From a virus, in the IMG/VR virus record IMGVR_UViG_3300029807_000001, positions 1 to 64,000 of that record: a stretch of 64,000 nucleotides of DNA; one strand, written 5' to 3'. The notes under the pieces are model-generated. The model did not search any database. It had not been told where the DNA came from and saw nothing but the letters and a program-made list of their open reading frames with translations. Numbering within the stretch: the first letter of the stretch is position 1; the number at the start of each line of letters is the position of its first letter. Below, in pieces: positions 45,508 to 55,369 of the stretch. The translations under genes and the position numbers were made by a program.

Positions 45508-47155
45508 TGATGCTCATTTCCTATACACTGGCTATGCCAAGTATGGGAATGAGGTGTTAAGTCGTCTAGCTAAAACTAACAAGTTTGAACTAGCTGAGCT
45601 ATCTTGCTATGGGTACGTTAACGACCCTAGAGACAACCATGTGCCGTGGAGATACTACGCCAACTCGATAAAGGAGGAGGCTGACCTGCAATTTCCCGCA
45701 TACAAATCCCATCCTCAGAATCCTTTTGGTAACTGGAGATTCGAGAGAACATGCGTAGACTTTCGACCAGATATCGTGTGGGATATACGTGATCCGTGGA
45801 TGCTTGCATTTGAAGGTACTTCTACTTTTCGTCCCTTCTTTCACTGGGCGATCATGCCGACCGTAGACTCCGCTCCTCAACAAGAGGACTGGGTATCTAT
45901 CTTCTCTGGTGCTGATTCGGTGGCAACTTATTCCGACTATGGAATGAAAACGTTACAGAAGACAGGAAGCAATATACCTCTCACTTCTGTTGCGTCACCT
46001 GGAGTTGATCTAGATGTATTCTCACCAGTCACCGATAAAGCTGCGCATAGAAGAAAGTTAGGATTCTTCCCTAACGCGAATATCATTGGTACTATCATGC
46101 GTAACCAAGCTCGTAAACTATATCCAGACTTGTTTCAAGCCTTTAGAAAGTTTATAGATAACTGTTATGATAAGGGTGAGAAAGATCTCGCCAACAATAC
46201 ATACTTGTATCTTCATGTAAGCTATCCAGATTTAGGATGGGAAATTCCGTCCCTGCTTAGAGAACATGGTTTAGGCAGGAAGGTTTTATTCACCTACATC
46301 TGCAAAAATTGTGACAGTCCGTTCGCCAGCTTCTTCAAGGATGCTCGAACCGTATGTCGTCGATGCAATCACGCTAGTGCTGTACTTCCCAGTCCAGATA
46401 GAGGACTTACTCCATCTCAGCTATCGGAAGTAATTAATACGTTCGATGCATACATACAATATTCAGTGTGTGAGGGTTTCGGTATGCCTCAAGTAGAAGC
46501 TGCTGCCTGCGGAGTACCAGTCATGTCAGTAAACTATTCTGCTATGGAAGACGTAATTAAAAACACCAAGGGTATGCCTATACCAGTAGAGAGAATGTTT
46601 AGGGATGTAGGTACTCATGCTTATAGAGCCCTGCCTGACAATGATGCCTGTGCAGAGATAATATACAAGTTCTTCAAGAAGCCTTCTGCTATACGTAGGG
46701 TCATGGGTAACAAGGCTCGTAAGGCAGCAGAGAAATATTACAACTGGGATGCTACGGCCAAGATATGGGAAGACCATTTTGATAGCATTGAGCTAACCAA
46801 CCTACAAGGTAAGTGGAGTGCTCCTATGTTACCATGCGGGAAACCTCCCACTATGCCAGATCCTAAACGTATGGTTTCTAATTCTCACTACGTTGACTGG
46901 CTAATATTAAACGTGTTGAAGGAACCTAAGCATCTTAATAGCAGATTCGCCCTGAAATATCTGCGTCAATTGAATTATGGGTCTCGTCAATCGGGTGTAG
47001 ATATGATTCCAGTCACTAGAAAATCTGTATATGACGAAATGTCTGCATACGCCTATAATAAGCTTGAGTACGAGATGGCTAGAACTGGACAGTTAGAGCT
47101 ACATAACGCGGACTTTATTGAGTACGCTCACCAGAGAGATAAGTATCTAAAATGA
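45470..47155 (+). CDS. GT4 glycosyltransferase with a Zn-finger insert
   Basis: TGYA, MRNQARK, EGFGMPQVEAAACGVP and CKNC..CRRC. Confidence 0.85.
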   Translation: MKQTRKKRILMCNDAHFLYTGYAKYGNEVLSRLAKTNKFELAELSCYGYVNDPRDNHVPWRYYANSIKEEADLQFPAYKSHPQNPFGNWRFERTCVDFRPDIVWDIRDPWMLAFEGTSTFRPFFHWAIMPTVDSAPQQEDWVSIFSGADSVATYSDYGMKTLQKTGSNIPLTSVASPGVDLDVFSPVTDKAAHRRKLGFFPNANIIGTIMRNQARKLYPDLFQAFRKFIDNCYDKGEKDLANNTYLYLHVSYPDLGWEIPSLLREHGLGRKVLFTYICKNCDSPFASFFKDARTVCRRCNHASAVLPSPDRGLTPSQLSEVINTFDAYIQYSVCEGFGMPQVEAAACGVPVMSVNYSAMEDVIKNTKGMPIPVERMFRDVGTHAYRALPDNDACAEIIYKFFKKPSAIRRVMGNKARKAAEKYYNWDATAKIWEDHFDSIELTNLQGKWSAPMLPCGKPPTMPDPKRMVSNSHYVDWLILNVLKEPKHLNSRFALKYLRQLNYGSRQSGVDMIPVTRKSVYDEMSAYAYNKLEYEMARTGQLELHNADFIEYAHQRDKYLK

Positions 47156-48270
47156 AAAACATACTATTCGTAGGACCATATAGGCAGACCGATGGATGGG
47201 GTAATGCCGCAAAAGAATACATCCGAGCCTTACGTCTCACTGGACATAACCTAGCTGTAAGACCAGTCTACCTTAACCATCAGGAGAAGTGGGATCAGAT
47301 AGAAGAGTTTCGGGATTTAGAATCCGCGTCGTATGAATACGATGTTATCATACAGAATTGTCTACCTCACATGTTTAGACGGTACGGTGGAGTCAAGAAT
47401 ATTGGACTGTCCTACTTTGAATCTACAGTTAGATATACTCCCTGGCCAGCATCTATCAATCTGATGGATAGAATGTGGGTTACCTCCAAATTTGAACAAT
47501 GGATGTTAGAGAACTCTAAGGTCAGTACAGATATAGACGTGATCTCTATACCTTGCGATGCGGAGAAGTACAACAAGGAATATTCCTACGAACTACTGAA
47601 AGAGCATCATGGTCATGAGTTTAAGTTCTACTTTATCGGAGAGTTCATAAGCAGAAAGAATCTCAATGCATTAATCATAGCGTTTCATAGAGAATTCTCT
47701 CCCAATGAGCAAGTACGACTAGTCCTAAAGCTGAACAGGGTTGGTCTTGGAGCGGAAGACACACTGAGACAAGCACAAGCAATGATACAAAGTACCCGAA
47801 AGTCGATGGGAATGTATAAGAATCAATCATCATACAAGTCGGAGATACTATTGCTCAAGTACCTGTCTAACGATGAACTATACGGTCTACATAATGACTG
47901 CGACTGTTTTGTTATGCCTAGCAGCGGCGAGGCTTTTTGCATCCCCGCCTTTGACGCTACAATGTTCGGGTCTGCTCCTATAATAAATGTGAATTCTAGT
48001 ATGGTGGAATACGTAGACGGTGACGTGGGATATTTTGCACGTAGCTATAAGACTCCAGCTATAGCAGAAGATAGACCTCTACCTTACCTGTATAACACCA
48101 GAGATACTTGGTTTAAGGTAGACATACTGTCCCTACAGACACAAATGAGATGGGCCTATGATGACAGGAACAGGAAAACTAGAGAAGAAAGAAAAGAGTA
48201 TGCTAGGAAAAACATATTACCAAAGTTCACTTACGAAAGCATAGCTAAGAAGATGGCGGAAGTACTATGA
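47152..48270 (+). CDS. GT4 glycosyltransferase
   Basis: RKNL and PSSGEAFCIPAFDA. Confidence 0.8.
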   Translation: MKNILFVGPYRQTDGWGNAAKEYIRALRLTGHNLAVRPVYLNHQEKWDQIEEFRDLESASYEYDVIIQNCLPHMFRRYGGVKNIGLSYFESTVRYTPWPASINLMDRMWVTSKFEQWMLENSKVSTDIDVISIPCDAEKYNKEYSYELLKEHHGHEFKFYFIGEFISRKNLNALIIAFHREFSPNEQVRLVLKLNRVGLGAEDTLRQAQAMIQSTRKSMGMYKNQSSYKSEILLLKYLSNDELYGLHNDCDCFVMPSSGEAFCIPAFDATMFGSAPIINVNSSMVEYVDGDVGYFARSYKTPAIAEDRPLPYLYNTRDTWFKVDILSLQTQMRWAYDDRNRKTREERKEYARKNILPKFTYESIAKKMAEVL

Positions 48271-49247
48271 AAGATGCAATAGATAACGTGATTAACAAGG
48301 CTATTAGAAAGCCTGGAGACGACACTAATCTACTATACATTCCATACGACGGAAACTTTGAGTGGATGATGTCTAGCGTTCCAGTACGTCTATACGCACC
48401 TAGTAATTCACTATCCAGAGAATGGCCTTGTAATAATTTTCCGCAGTCATTAAACTGGCTACCCGCTGGCGCTAACTTCATTCCTAACAGGATAGACATA
48501 CAAGCCGTAGTAGTTAACTTTAGAAAAGAAGCGGTACATAATGCGGCAGGCATAGCTCATCGTTTCCATGTACCTCTAGTAATAGTAGACCACGAACTAC
48601 CAACCAAAGAAGCCAGTTCTAATCTAAAGAGATTTATAAATAGTCAACTACCTCCTGGTTCCGTATACGTTACTCCGCACAGTATGGTGAATGAATCGTG
48701 GGCGTACTCAGATACTATGGAATCTTATAACATACCATACGGATTCGAAAAGCAGGAACAATCAATAAAACAGAACGATGTATTAGTAGTTGGAGACTAC
48801 GCTCCAGAAGACGCAGGGTTACTATCAGAACTTCTTAACTGCCATACAAAAGTAATGGGCATTGGACATAATGGAAGTCGCACCACTCCGTATACATCCA
48901 TGAAGGATTTGATATATCACATGTCCAATTCACAAGTATGTGTGGTGATATTTCAGGAACATCGTCCACCGTTTTTCGCTATGCTTGCGGCTGCGTGTGG
49001 GTGTGCTGTAGTAACAAACAGAACCAGATGGACCGAATCCGTATTCGAAAATAAAACAAACGCTATACTGTTTGACAATATAGACTCTGTCAAGAGACTT
49101 GTTAGAGAGCTGATACATAGCGATACGTTAGACGACATGGCTCTTGCGGGACAAGAGATGATAGAAAGGGATCACAGTATTAATAAGTTTAGAGATGGCT
49201 GGATAGATCTTCTTAATGACCTAAGTACAAGGATATATATTAGATGA
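48267..49247 (+). CDS. divergent GT-B glycosyltransferase-like protein
   Basis: AAACGCAVVT and GT-B-like C-terminal helices. Confidence 0.55.
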   Translation: MKDAIDNVINKAIRKPGDDTNLLYIPYDGNFEWMMSSVPVRLYAPSNSLSREWPCNNFPQSLNWLPAGANFIPNRIDIQAVVVNFRKEAVHNAAGIAHRFHVPLVIVDHELPTKEASSNLKRFINSQLPPGSVYVTPHSMVNESWAYSDTMESYNIPYGFEKQEQSIKQNDVLVVGDYAPEDAGLLSELLNCHTKVMGIGHNGSRTTPYTSMKDLIYHMSNSQVCVVIFQEHRPPFFAMLAAACGCAVVTNRTRWTESVFENKTNAILFDNIDSVKRLVRELIHSDTLDDMALAGQEMIERDHSINKFRDGWIDLLNDLSTRIYIR

Positions 49248-49669
49248 AAATAGCAGTGAAGCATCAGAATTTAACGTCTGTCGTAGACAACGATCAGACT
49301 GTAGTATCGTTGCAAGAACTAGATACGGTAGAAAATGCTAGTTGTATATCAGTACATCTAGCGGACTGTGCCGACTATGTACCTCTTTCAGAGCGCGCAA
49401 AGCTTATAAAGAAAGCTATAGGTAAACTTAGATACGGAGGTGAGATTACTATCAGTGGGACTGACTTGATATCCGTAGGACAGCAAATTATGAGCGGCAA
49501 TATGAGTACTGCACGTTCTAACGTTGTACTGTTCGGAGGTAGGTTGTCCGCAGATACAATCAACGACGTTATTAAAAATATTCAGGCAGCAGGATTAAAT
49601 ATCGTTAATGCTAAACTAGTGGATGAACTATACTACTCAATTAAAGCGAGAAGACCAGATGTCAAATGA
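49244..49669 (+). CDS. hypothetical protein (methyltransferase-like half fold)
   Basis: DY....LIKKAIGKLRYGGEI resembles the class I MTase 'LKPGG' region. Confidence 0.4.
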   Translation: MKIAVKHQNLTSVVDNDQTVVSLQELDTVENASCISVHLADCADYVPLSERAKLIKKAIGKLRYGGEITISGTDLISVGQQIMSGNMSTARSNVVLFGGRLSADTINDVIKNIQAAGLNIVNAKLVDELYYSIKARRPDVK

Positions 49670-50459
49670 TACCTCATGTAAAGCGTGCGTCTTTGCAGAA
49701 TACGATGATATGACCCAGGTTGGATGTTCTAGGGGTATGCTTAAAAAATATAAAGATGTTGGTGCAAACGTTGTAGAAGCCTATGATGAAGACAGGGAGT
49801 TTATGGTCATAGAAAATAGACTATGTCCTTTCTATAGAACTAAGGGATGGATTGATAGGATACCAGAAGAAGACTTCGACGCAACGGTAGAACGTATGCT
49901 GGCTTTAGAGACTCGCTTATCGTTTCATGCAATAGTATTTGTAGAAGACCATAATATTGAGTCTGTCTGTAGCACTATAGATAGTTTATACGCTCAGAAT
50001 AATCGGCCAGCAAGAGTAACAGTAGTTAGACCACGGACCAGTACTATAAAACCTAGAGATATACGAGAACTGTTTAATGAAGACTGCGGATTCAAATGGA
50101 GGATTGAGAATCTAATAGGACCAACTCCAAGAGACGTAGTGACACACTCGGTACATAAGAAGAGTGGTAGGGTACAGCCCTGTCAATACTATGCAGTAGT
50201 AGATGCTGGACATGTATTCGACGAGCAATACTTCTACGAGATTAATGAAGCAATAATAGGTTCGTTGTTGCAATTTGCTATGATCGAATCAAAAGAGTGT
50301 ATTGTTATACCTAATCCAGTACATCAATACTGGCATTTCCACGGCAATCATGAAATAACTATAGCGGAAAACATAAGAGAGTACCAATGCAAGAACAAAG
50401 AGAAAAAGGTAGTACTGAAAATGAGTCAGGTACAGGGTCTGTTGACGCAAAAGTCATAG
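49659..50459 (+). CDS. hypothetical protein, Cys motif plus GT-A-like region
   Basis: CKACVFA...C and TIDSLYAQ. Confidence 0.45.
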   Translation: MSNDTSCKACVFAEYDDMTQVGCSRGMLKKYKDVGANVVEAYDEDREFMVIENRLCPFYRTKGWIDRIPEEDFDATVERMLALETRLSFHAIVFVEDHNIESVCSTIDSLYAQNNRPARVTVVRPRTSTIKPRDIRELFNEDCGFKWRIENLIGPTPRDVVTHSVHKKSGRVQPCQYYAVVDAGHVFDEQYFYEINEAIIGSLLQFAMIESKECIVIPNPVHQYWHFHGNHEITIAENIREYQCKNKEKKVVLKMSQVQGLLTQKS

Positions 50460-50992
50460 TTGCTATTGGAGGTTCTAAGAGAGACATCCCTTGCGACTAT
50501 CCCTTAGCTGACTTTATATTTCAGGACGAGTACGACGTTAATCTGCCAGCGATGTTTAACCAACTCAAGAATAAGAGTAGCTACGACCTATTCGTATATA
50601 TGAGTGAAGAATATAACTTTGCGTCGGAGAGTTCTTTGAGTAGGATGGTAGAGAAGTTTTGGTCCTTAGATATGACTAGCATTGGAGCGGTATATACTGA
50701 CATACTAGTTAAGCATAAGGATAAAGAGATATGCGTTAAGGTTAATCCAGCCTACAGATCGAGCTTCTATGAGGAAAGGATAGTCCTCAACATACCATTC
50801 ATGGCTAAGTCTGCGATACTACCTACCTTTAACGAAGAGGTGGAACAGTTGTGTCTGTGGGACGGGATGTTATGGCTCACACAGAACACGTTACTATACC
50901 ACATACCAGAAACATTATTCCAGATAGAAGATTCCATGGAATTAAAGCAAATAGAAAAAGAGATAGGAATAGTACATGGCACGCACTACTAG
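50387..50992 (+). CDS. degenerate GT-A-like protein
   Basis: GAVYTD and YHIPETL are typical of GT2 C-terminal halves. Confidence 0.45.
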   Translation: MQEQREKGSTENESGTGSVDAKVIVAIGGSKRDIPCDYPLADFIFQDEYDVNLPAMFNQLKNKSSYDLFVYMSEEYNFASESSLSRMVEKFWSLDMTSIGAVYTDILVKHKDKEICVKVNPAYRSSFYEERIVLNIPFMAKSAILPTFNEEVEQLCLWDGMLWLTQNTLLYHIPETLFQIEDSMELKQIEKEIGIVHGTHY

Positions 50993-51704
50993 AAATATAG
51001 TAGCACCAACTATCAGACCAGACAAAAGAAGGGTCTCCATAATCATTCCCGCTGCTGGAATAGGCAGTAGGATGAAGTCGTATGGACCTAAAGCCCTGAT
51101 AAAGATTAAAGAAGACCTGACCATTATCTCTAATCAGTTGAAATATATCAACAAGTATTTCCACAAGCCAGAGATCATACTGGTGGCTGGATTCGGGTAC
51201 TCTAAGGTTGAGGCCGCTATGTCTCGCAAGAAGAACGTTAAAGTAATAGAGAACGCGGCATGGGCAACTACTAATGTCATGTCAAGTATAGCTATCGGAA
51301 TGGAACATGCTAGTTACGACAATATACTATGGCTATATGGAGATCTAGTATTTAACGCCTGGGCTCTAAAAGTCCCCTTTGGCAGTTACTCTATAATAGT
51401 GACAGACAAAAAAGGATTTATGAAGGACGAAGAGGTAGGATGTATAGTAGAAAGTAATATAGTAGAACACATGATGTATGGCCTGCCAAACAAGTGGGCT
51501 CAGATAGCATATTTTACTGGGAACGAAACCGACATTCTAAAGGACTTATGCAGAAACCCTGAGTATTATCAGTACTTTGGCTTTGAGATAATAAACAAGA
51601 TCATCGGTCAGGACGGTAAGTTTACCGCATACTCCAATAACCGAATAAGAATAACAGACATAGACTCATCAAGAGACCTAGTTAAGATACAGGACATAAT
51701 ATGA
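50976..51704 (+). CDS. sugar/choline-phosphate nucleotidyltransferase (LicC/GlmU-like)
   Basis: IIIPAAGIGSRM..PKAL, YGDLVF and DIDS. Confidence 0.8.
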   Translation: MARTTRNIVAPTIRPDKRRVSIIIPAAGIGSRMKSYGPKALIKIKEDLTIISNQLKYINKYFHKPEIILVAGFGYSKVEAAMSRKKNVKVIENAAWATTNVMSSIAIGMEHASYDNILWLYGDLVFNAWALKVPFGSYSIIVTDKKGFMKDEEVGCIVESNIVEHMMYGLPNKWAQIAYFTGNETDILKDLCRNPEYYQYFGFEIINKIIGQDGKFTAYSNNRIRITDIDSSRDLVKIQDII

Positions 51705-52591
51705 AGATAATATCTACTCCACTATCAGACAGATACGATGGTATCATTAACGCCTCTGCCGAAGTGTTTGACAAGGTTGTTCTGTGGGAACCTCACGCTA
51801 AGCCCATGTTTGATTTGTTTGACGAGGTTAAACCAGACGTTGTATACTGTGATATCAAGTACGTTACTAAAAGCTTTATGTCGGCATGTAAACAATACGA
51901 AGATGTCAAATTAGTTCTGTTTGCCGAAGGAATACCTAGAGATTTTGAACCCGATCTAGTATGCGCCCAACCTAATCTATCTCCAATGCTAAAGAAGCAT
52001 TTAGAACTAGGGGGCCATAAGGTAGAATACATACATGACTACGCGGATATAATTATGTACTGGACTGGAGAAGCAGACGATACTATAGCTTCCGACATAG
52101 CCTTCGTGTCAAACGGAGACATGGCTAGTAGTCCCGTGCAAAAGATCGAGCTGTTCTCTACCGTAGGTCGTTTAGGCCAATTGAAGATTGCTGGATCATC
52201 CAGGATACCTATACCTCAATACATAGGAACCATTAAGGACGATAGGATAGTGTCATTCTTAAAGTCAACTAAGATTGCCATAGACTGGAACGGTGAGAAC
52301 CTACTTACCTGTGCCGCAAACGGAATATTCACTATGTCCACCATTCCCAACGATCTATTTCCGCATATAACCGTAGACAATGCCGCAGAGATAATTCCTA
52401 AGACTCTGAAAAACGGAAAGTTTATGAGACGTACTAGCAGAAAGGCCCAGCAACAAGTGTTGAGGTCTGGTACATGTTACCACAGACTTATGCAGATCAC
52501 ATCAGCTCTAGAGCTAGACGAATATACTAAAAAGGCACAAAGTCTATTAGACTCAAAATTAGAGGAGGTGCGACCATGCAAGCAGGCATAA
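51701..52591 (+). CDS. glycosyltransferase-like protein (CgeB type)
   Basis: SDIAFV, STKIAID and TCYHRL tail. Confidence 0.45.
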   Translation: MKIISTPLSDRYDGIINASAEVFDKVVLWEPHAKPMFDLFDEVKPDVVYCDIKYVTKSFMSACKQYEDVKLVLFAEGIPRDFEPDLVCAQPNLSPMLKKHLELGGHKVEYIHDYADIIMYWTGEADDTIASDIAFVSNGDMASSPVQKIELFSTVGRLGQLKIAGSSRIPIPQYIGTIKDDRIVSFLKSTKIAIDWNGENLLTCAANGIFTMSTIPNDLFPHITVDNAAEIIPKTLKNGKFMRRTSRKAQQQVLRSGTCYHRLMQITSALELDEYTKKAQSLLDSKLEEVRPCKQA

Positions 52592-53031
52592 TGATAGACG
52601 CTCTAGACACGTCTCAAATGGCGGTAGAGCTAGTTAGGGAAGTTAATAAGGTTACACTCCTAGATGAATACTGGGACATCATAGTATTCTATCACAACTA
52701 CGGAAGGACTACGGCCTTTCCAGAATTTGCCATGATACAAGAACAGGAGTTGTGGTCCTACAATGCTCCAGTGATGGCTACCGACCTATCTACTGGAGAC
52801 AGACTGGTAAAATGTTATGCTCCCACTAAGAAGTTTTTGTATATGTGGGATTTAGAATGGATCAACGGCTCGTATGATATTGACACGTTGGCTTCCGTTT
52901 ATATGGACCCTTCAATATCACTTATAGCACGGAGCAAATCTCATGCAAAAATCATTACTGACTGTTGGAAAGAACCAATAGCTATTATAGAGAACTTTAA
53001 TTATGACCAACTTACCGAACTCTTTAGTTAA
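52576..53031 (+). CDS. hypothetical protein
   Basis: GAGGAGG RBS. Tiled ORF. Confidence 0.6.
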   Translation: MQAGIMIDALDTSQMAVELVREVNKVTLLDEYWDIIVFYHNYGRTTAFPEFAMIQEQELWSYNAPVMATDLSTGDRLVKCYAPTKKFLYMWDLEWINGSYDIDTLASVYMDPSISLIARSKSHAKIITDCWKEPIAIIENFNYDQLTELFS

Positions 53032-53830
53032 GCAGGCTAGTAGTTATAGCCAACTGCCAGACAAAGAGAAGAAGAAATTTTTTCAACAACTCTATGATAA
53101 TAGGGGACTGAGTTGGTCCGTAATTGCTAAGATGTGCGGAACCTACACTAACAAGGTACGTCGTGATGCGGTAAGGCTAGGCATAGAATCCAGGTCTAAG
53201 AGTGAGGCTCAAGCCCTAGCTCTATCTACTGGTAGACACCATCATCCTACCAAAGATAAGTGTCATAGTAAGACAACTAAGATCAGGATAAGTGAGTCGG
53301 TTGCAGAAGATTGGGACAATATGACCACGGCTCAGAGACAGAAGAAGCGAGACGAAGCTAAGGAACGCTGGAACAAAAAGACAGATGAAGAGATTCGTCA
53401 GTTTAGAGAGGCCGCTGGAGAGGGAGTCAGAACAGCCGCGAAGGAGGGTTCGGCACTAGAAAAATATTTATTAGAGGAATTAATTTCGGTAGGCTACAAG
53501 GTCGAATTTCATAAGGAACACTGGGTAATACGAGAAAAGCTACAGATTGATTTGTTCCTGCCCGAATTAAATATTGCACTTGAGGTTGACGGACCCTCAC
53601 ACTTCAAGGATATTTGGGGTAAGGATAACTTGCGGAAGAACAAACTTAGAGATAATGAGAAAACTGGTTTGCTTTTACAGCGTGGCTGTGTTATAATAAG
53701 AGTAAGGCAGAAGCAGTCTTTATCTCAACGTTACAAGCGTGATATCTTAAAGAGCGTATTGAATGCCCTGAGAGACATCGAAACTAAAAGACCACAAGCT
53801 GGAAAACGACACATAATTTTGGGAGACTGA
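53003..53830 (+). CDS. Vsr/DUF559-type endonuclease with N-terminal HTH and NUMOD-like repeats (homing endonuclease-like)
   Basis: HSKTTKIRISES and IDLFLPELNIALEVDGPSH. Confidence 0.7.
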   Translation: MTNLPNSLVKQASSYSQLPDKEKKKFFQQLYDNRGLSWSVIAKMCGTYTNKVRRDAVRLGIESRSKSEAQALALSTGRHHHPTKDKCHSKTTKIRISESVAEDWDNMTTAQRQKKRDEAKERWNKKTDEEIRQFREAAGEGVRTAAKEGSALEKYLLEELISVGYKVEFHKEHWVIREKLQIDLFLPELNIALEVDGPSHFKDIWGKDNLRKNKLRDNEKTGLLLQRGCVIIRVRQKQSLSQRYKRDILKSVLNALRDIETKRPQAGKRHIILGD

Positions 53831-54600
53831 TGATGACTGACAAGAACATAGAAACTGCTGTAGAAGATTTAGAACTGGACGAAGCCTTTACTCCAGTTCA
53901 GGGAAGCGATGGAGTTCAGAGTGATGAAGATTCAGATGTAGAACTAGTGCAAGGTAAACCTAGACCAGGACGATACTCTGTAGAGTGGTCGGACTTTGTA
54001 ATGGGTCTGCTGGACAAGAGCGAATTAGTTAACGGTAGTCCCAAGTGTGAAGGGTTACGTAGAGTAGCTGGTCTACTATACGGAGATATGGACTTCACAA
54101 TTCATGCTCATGCAGTACATGGCGACTATGCAGCGGTAACTGGAATTCTACAGATTAACGGTCAAAAAATAGAAGGCTGTGCAGAATGTACAGCAGAGAA
54201 TTCAGAGCGTCCCTACAACCTGTATCCTCTAGCTACTGCTGATACACGAGCAGAACTAAGAGCACTAAAGAAGTTCCTTGGACTGAGGAATGTACTAGGA
54301 GCAGAAGAGAGTTGTGATAAGGCAAGACTAACCATGCCAGCAACTAACGAAGACCGAACAGAAGGTAGTATCGTAGATGCTCAGATATCATTCATTGATC
54401 TCTTCTGCGGTAAACAAGACATATCAGTAAAAGACGTAGTCACCGCCGTAGTGGGACAACATAAATCAATTAAAGATCTGAGTCATTCAGAAGCTTTAAG
54501 TATTAACGAACGTTTGGACTCATGGTCCAGAGACAAGGATGACGAGTATGCCAAGCTCAGTCCTTATGATGCAAATTGGCGATCTAATTTTGAGAAGTGA
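53830..54600 (+). CDS. hypothetical protein (possibly a Rad52/ERF-like annealase)
   Basis: EGLRRVA and ATADTRAELRALKKFLGL. Confidence 0.45.
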   Translation: MMTDKNIETAVEDLELDEAFTPVQGSDGVQSDEDSDVELVQGKPRPGRYSVEWSDFVMGLLDKSELVNGSPKCEGLRRVAGLLYGDMDFTIHAHAVHGDYAAVTGILQINGQKIEGCAECTAENSERPYNLYPLATADTRAELRALKKFLGLRNVLGAEESCDKARLTMPATNEDRTEGSIVDAQISFIDLFCGKQDISVKDVVTAVVGQHKSIKDLSHSEALSINERLDSWSRDKDDEYAKLSPYDANWRSNFEK

Positions 54601-54611
54601 GGTATTGAAGC

Positions 54612-55004
54612 ATGGCGAACATGAAAATTACGTACAAGCCAACTCCTAATATAAGTGTGGAGATTGAGGCTAGAGGCATCGAAGAGATGTTCCAAACTGT
54701 AGGACCGATTCAAGAGGTTCTGGGAGGCAACTGTACTTGCCAAAAATGTAAACAGTCTAAGATTCGTATGGTCCATCGTAAGGCAGATAACAAGTTCGAC
54801 GTATATGAATTACTCTGTGAATCTTGTGGAGCCAGACTATCTCTCGGCAAGAACGATATGGGTAACTTATTCCCACGTAAGTACGAGCAAGCCAAGAATA
54901 GCGAGGGCCAATGGAAGCCTAAGCTGGACGGAGACGGTAAAAAGGTCTGGTTACCTGATGGCGGCTGGGTTAAATGGGACAGAACAGCAGGAAAGTACGT
55001 CTAA
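54612..55004 (+). CDS. Zn-ribbon hypothetical protein
   Basis: CQKC...CESC and a GAGGT RBS. Confidence 0.6.
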   Translation: MANMKITYKPTPNISVEIEARGIEEMFQTVGPIQEVLGGNCTCQKCKQSKIRMVHRKADNKFDVYELLCESCGARLSLGKNDMGNLFPRKYEQAKNSEGQWKPKLDGDGKKVWLPDGGWVKWDRTAGKYV

Positions 55005-55032
55005 GGGCGACTTTTAGCATTCTAAACAACTA

Positions 55033-55058
55033 AGGCGGGTCATTTGACCCGTCTTTTT
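55033..55058. terminator. terminator between convergent transcription units
   Basis: AAGGCGGGTC-ATTT-GACCCGTC-TTTTTT. Confidence 0.75.
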
Positions 55059-55369
55059 TAAATGGGGTCGTCAGTCGCAGCGTGAGGAGCAGGAATGGGG
55101 TATTCTGCGGTCCATAGTGGAGGTTCGGCAGGACATTCGGTAGTTCCCCACGCTAATTTGTTCAAATCGACGTTTTCTGGGTGCAAATTGCACTTACAGA
55201 GGCCGCATTGGTCATATCCCTTGGCAAATCCGCCATCTTTATTGAAATTGTCGCAGTCGCTGCATATTTGATGCAATTGTTTGATGTGTTCCGCTAATCT
55301 CACGGGACTACCAGCGTCTCGCCACTTCTTTCGCTCTCTAATGTATCTAACTATGGCGTTCATTCGCAA
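55058..55369 (-). CDS. Cys-rich hypothetical protein
   Basis: ICSDC, CGLCKC and CP..W. Confidence 0.6.
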   Translation of the reverse strand: MRMNAIVRYIRERKKWRDAGSPVRLAEHIKQLHQICSDCDNFNKDGGFAKGYDQCGLCKCNLHPENVDLNKLAWGTTECPAEPPLWTAEYPIPAPHAATDDPI

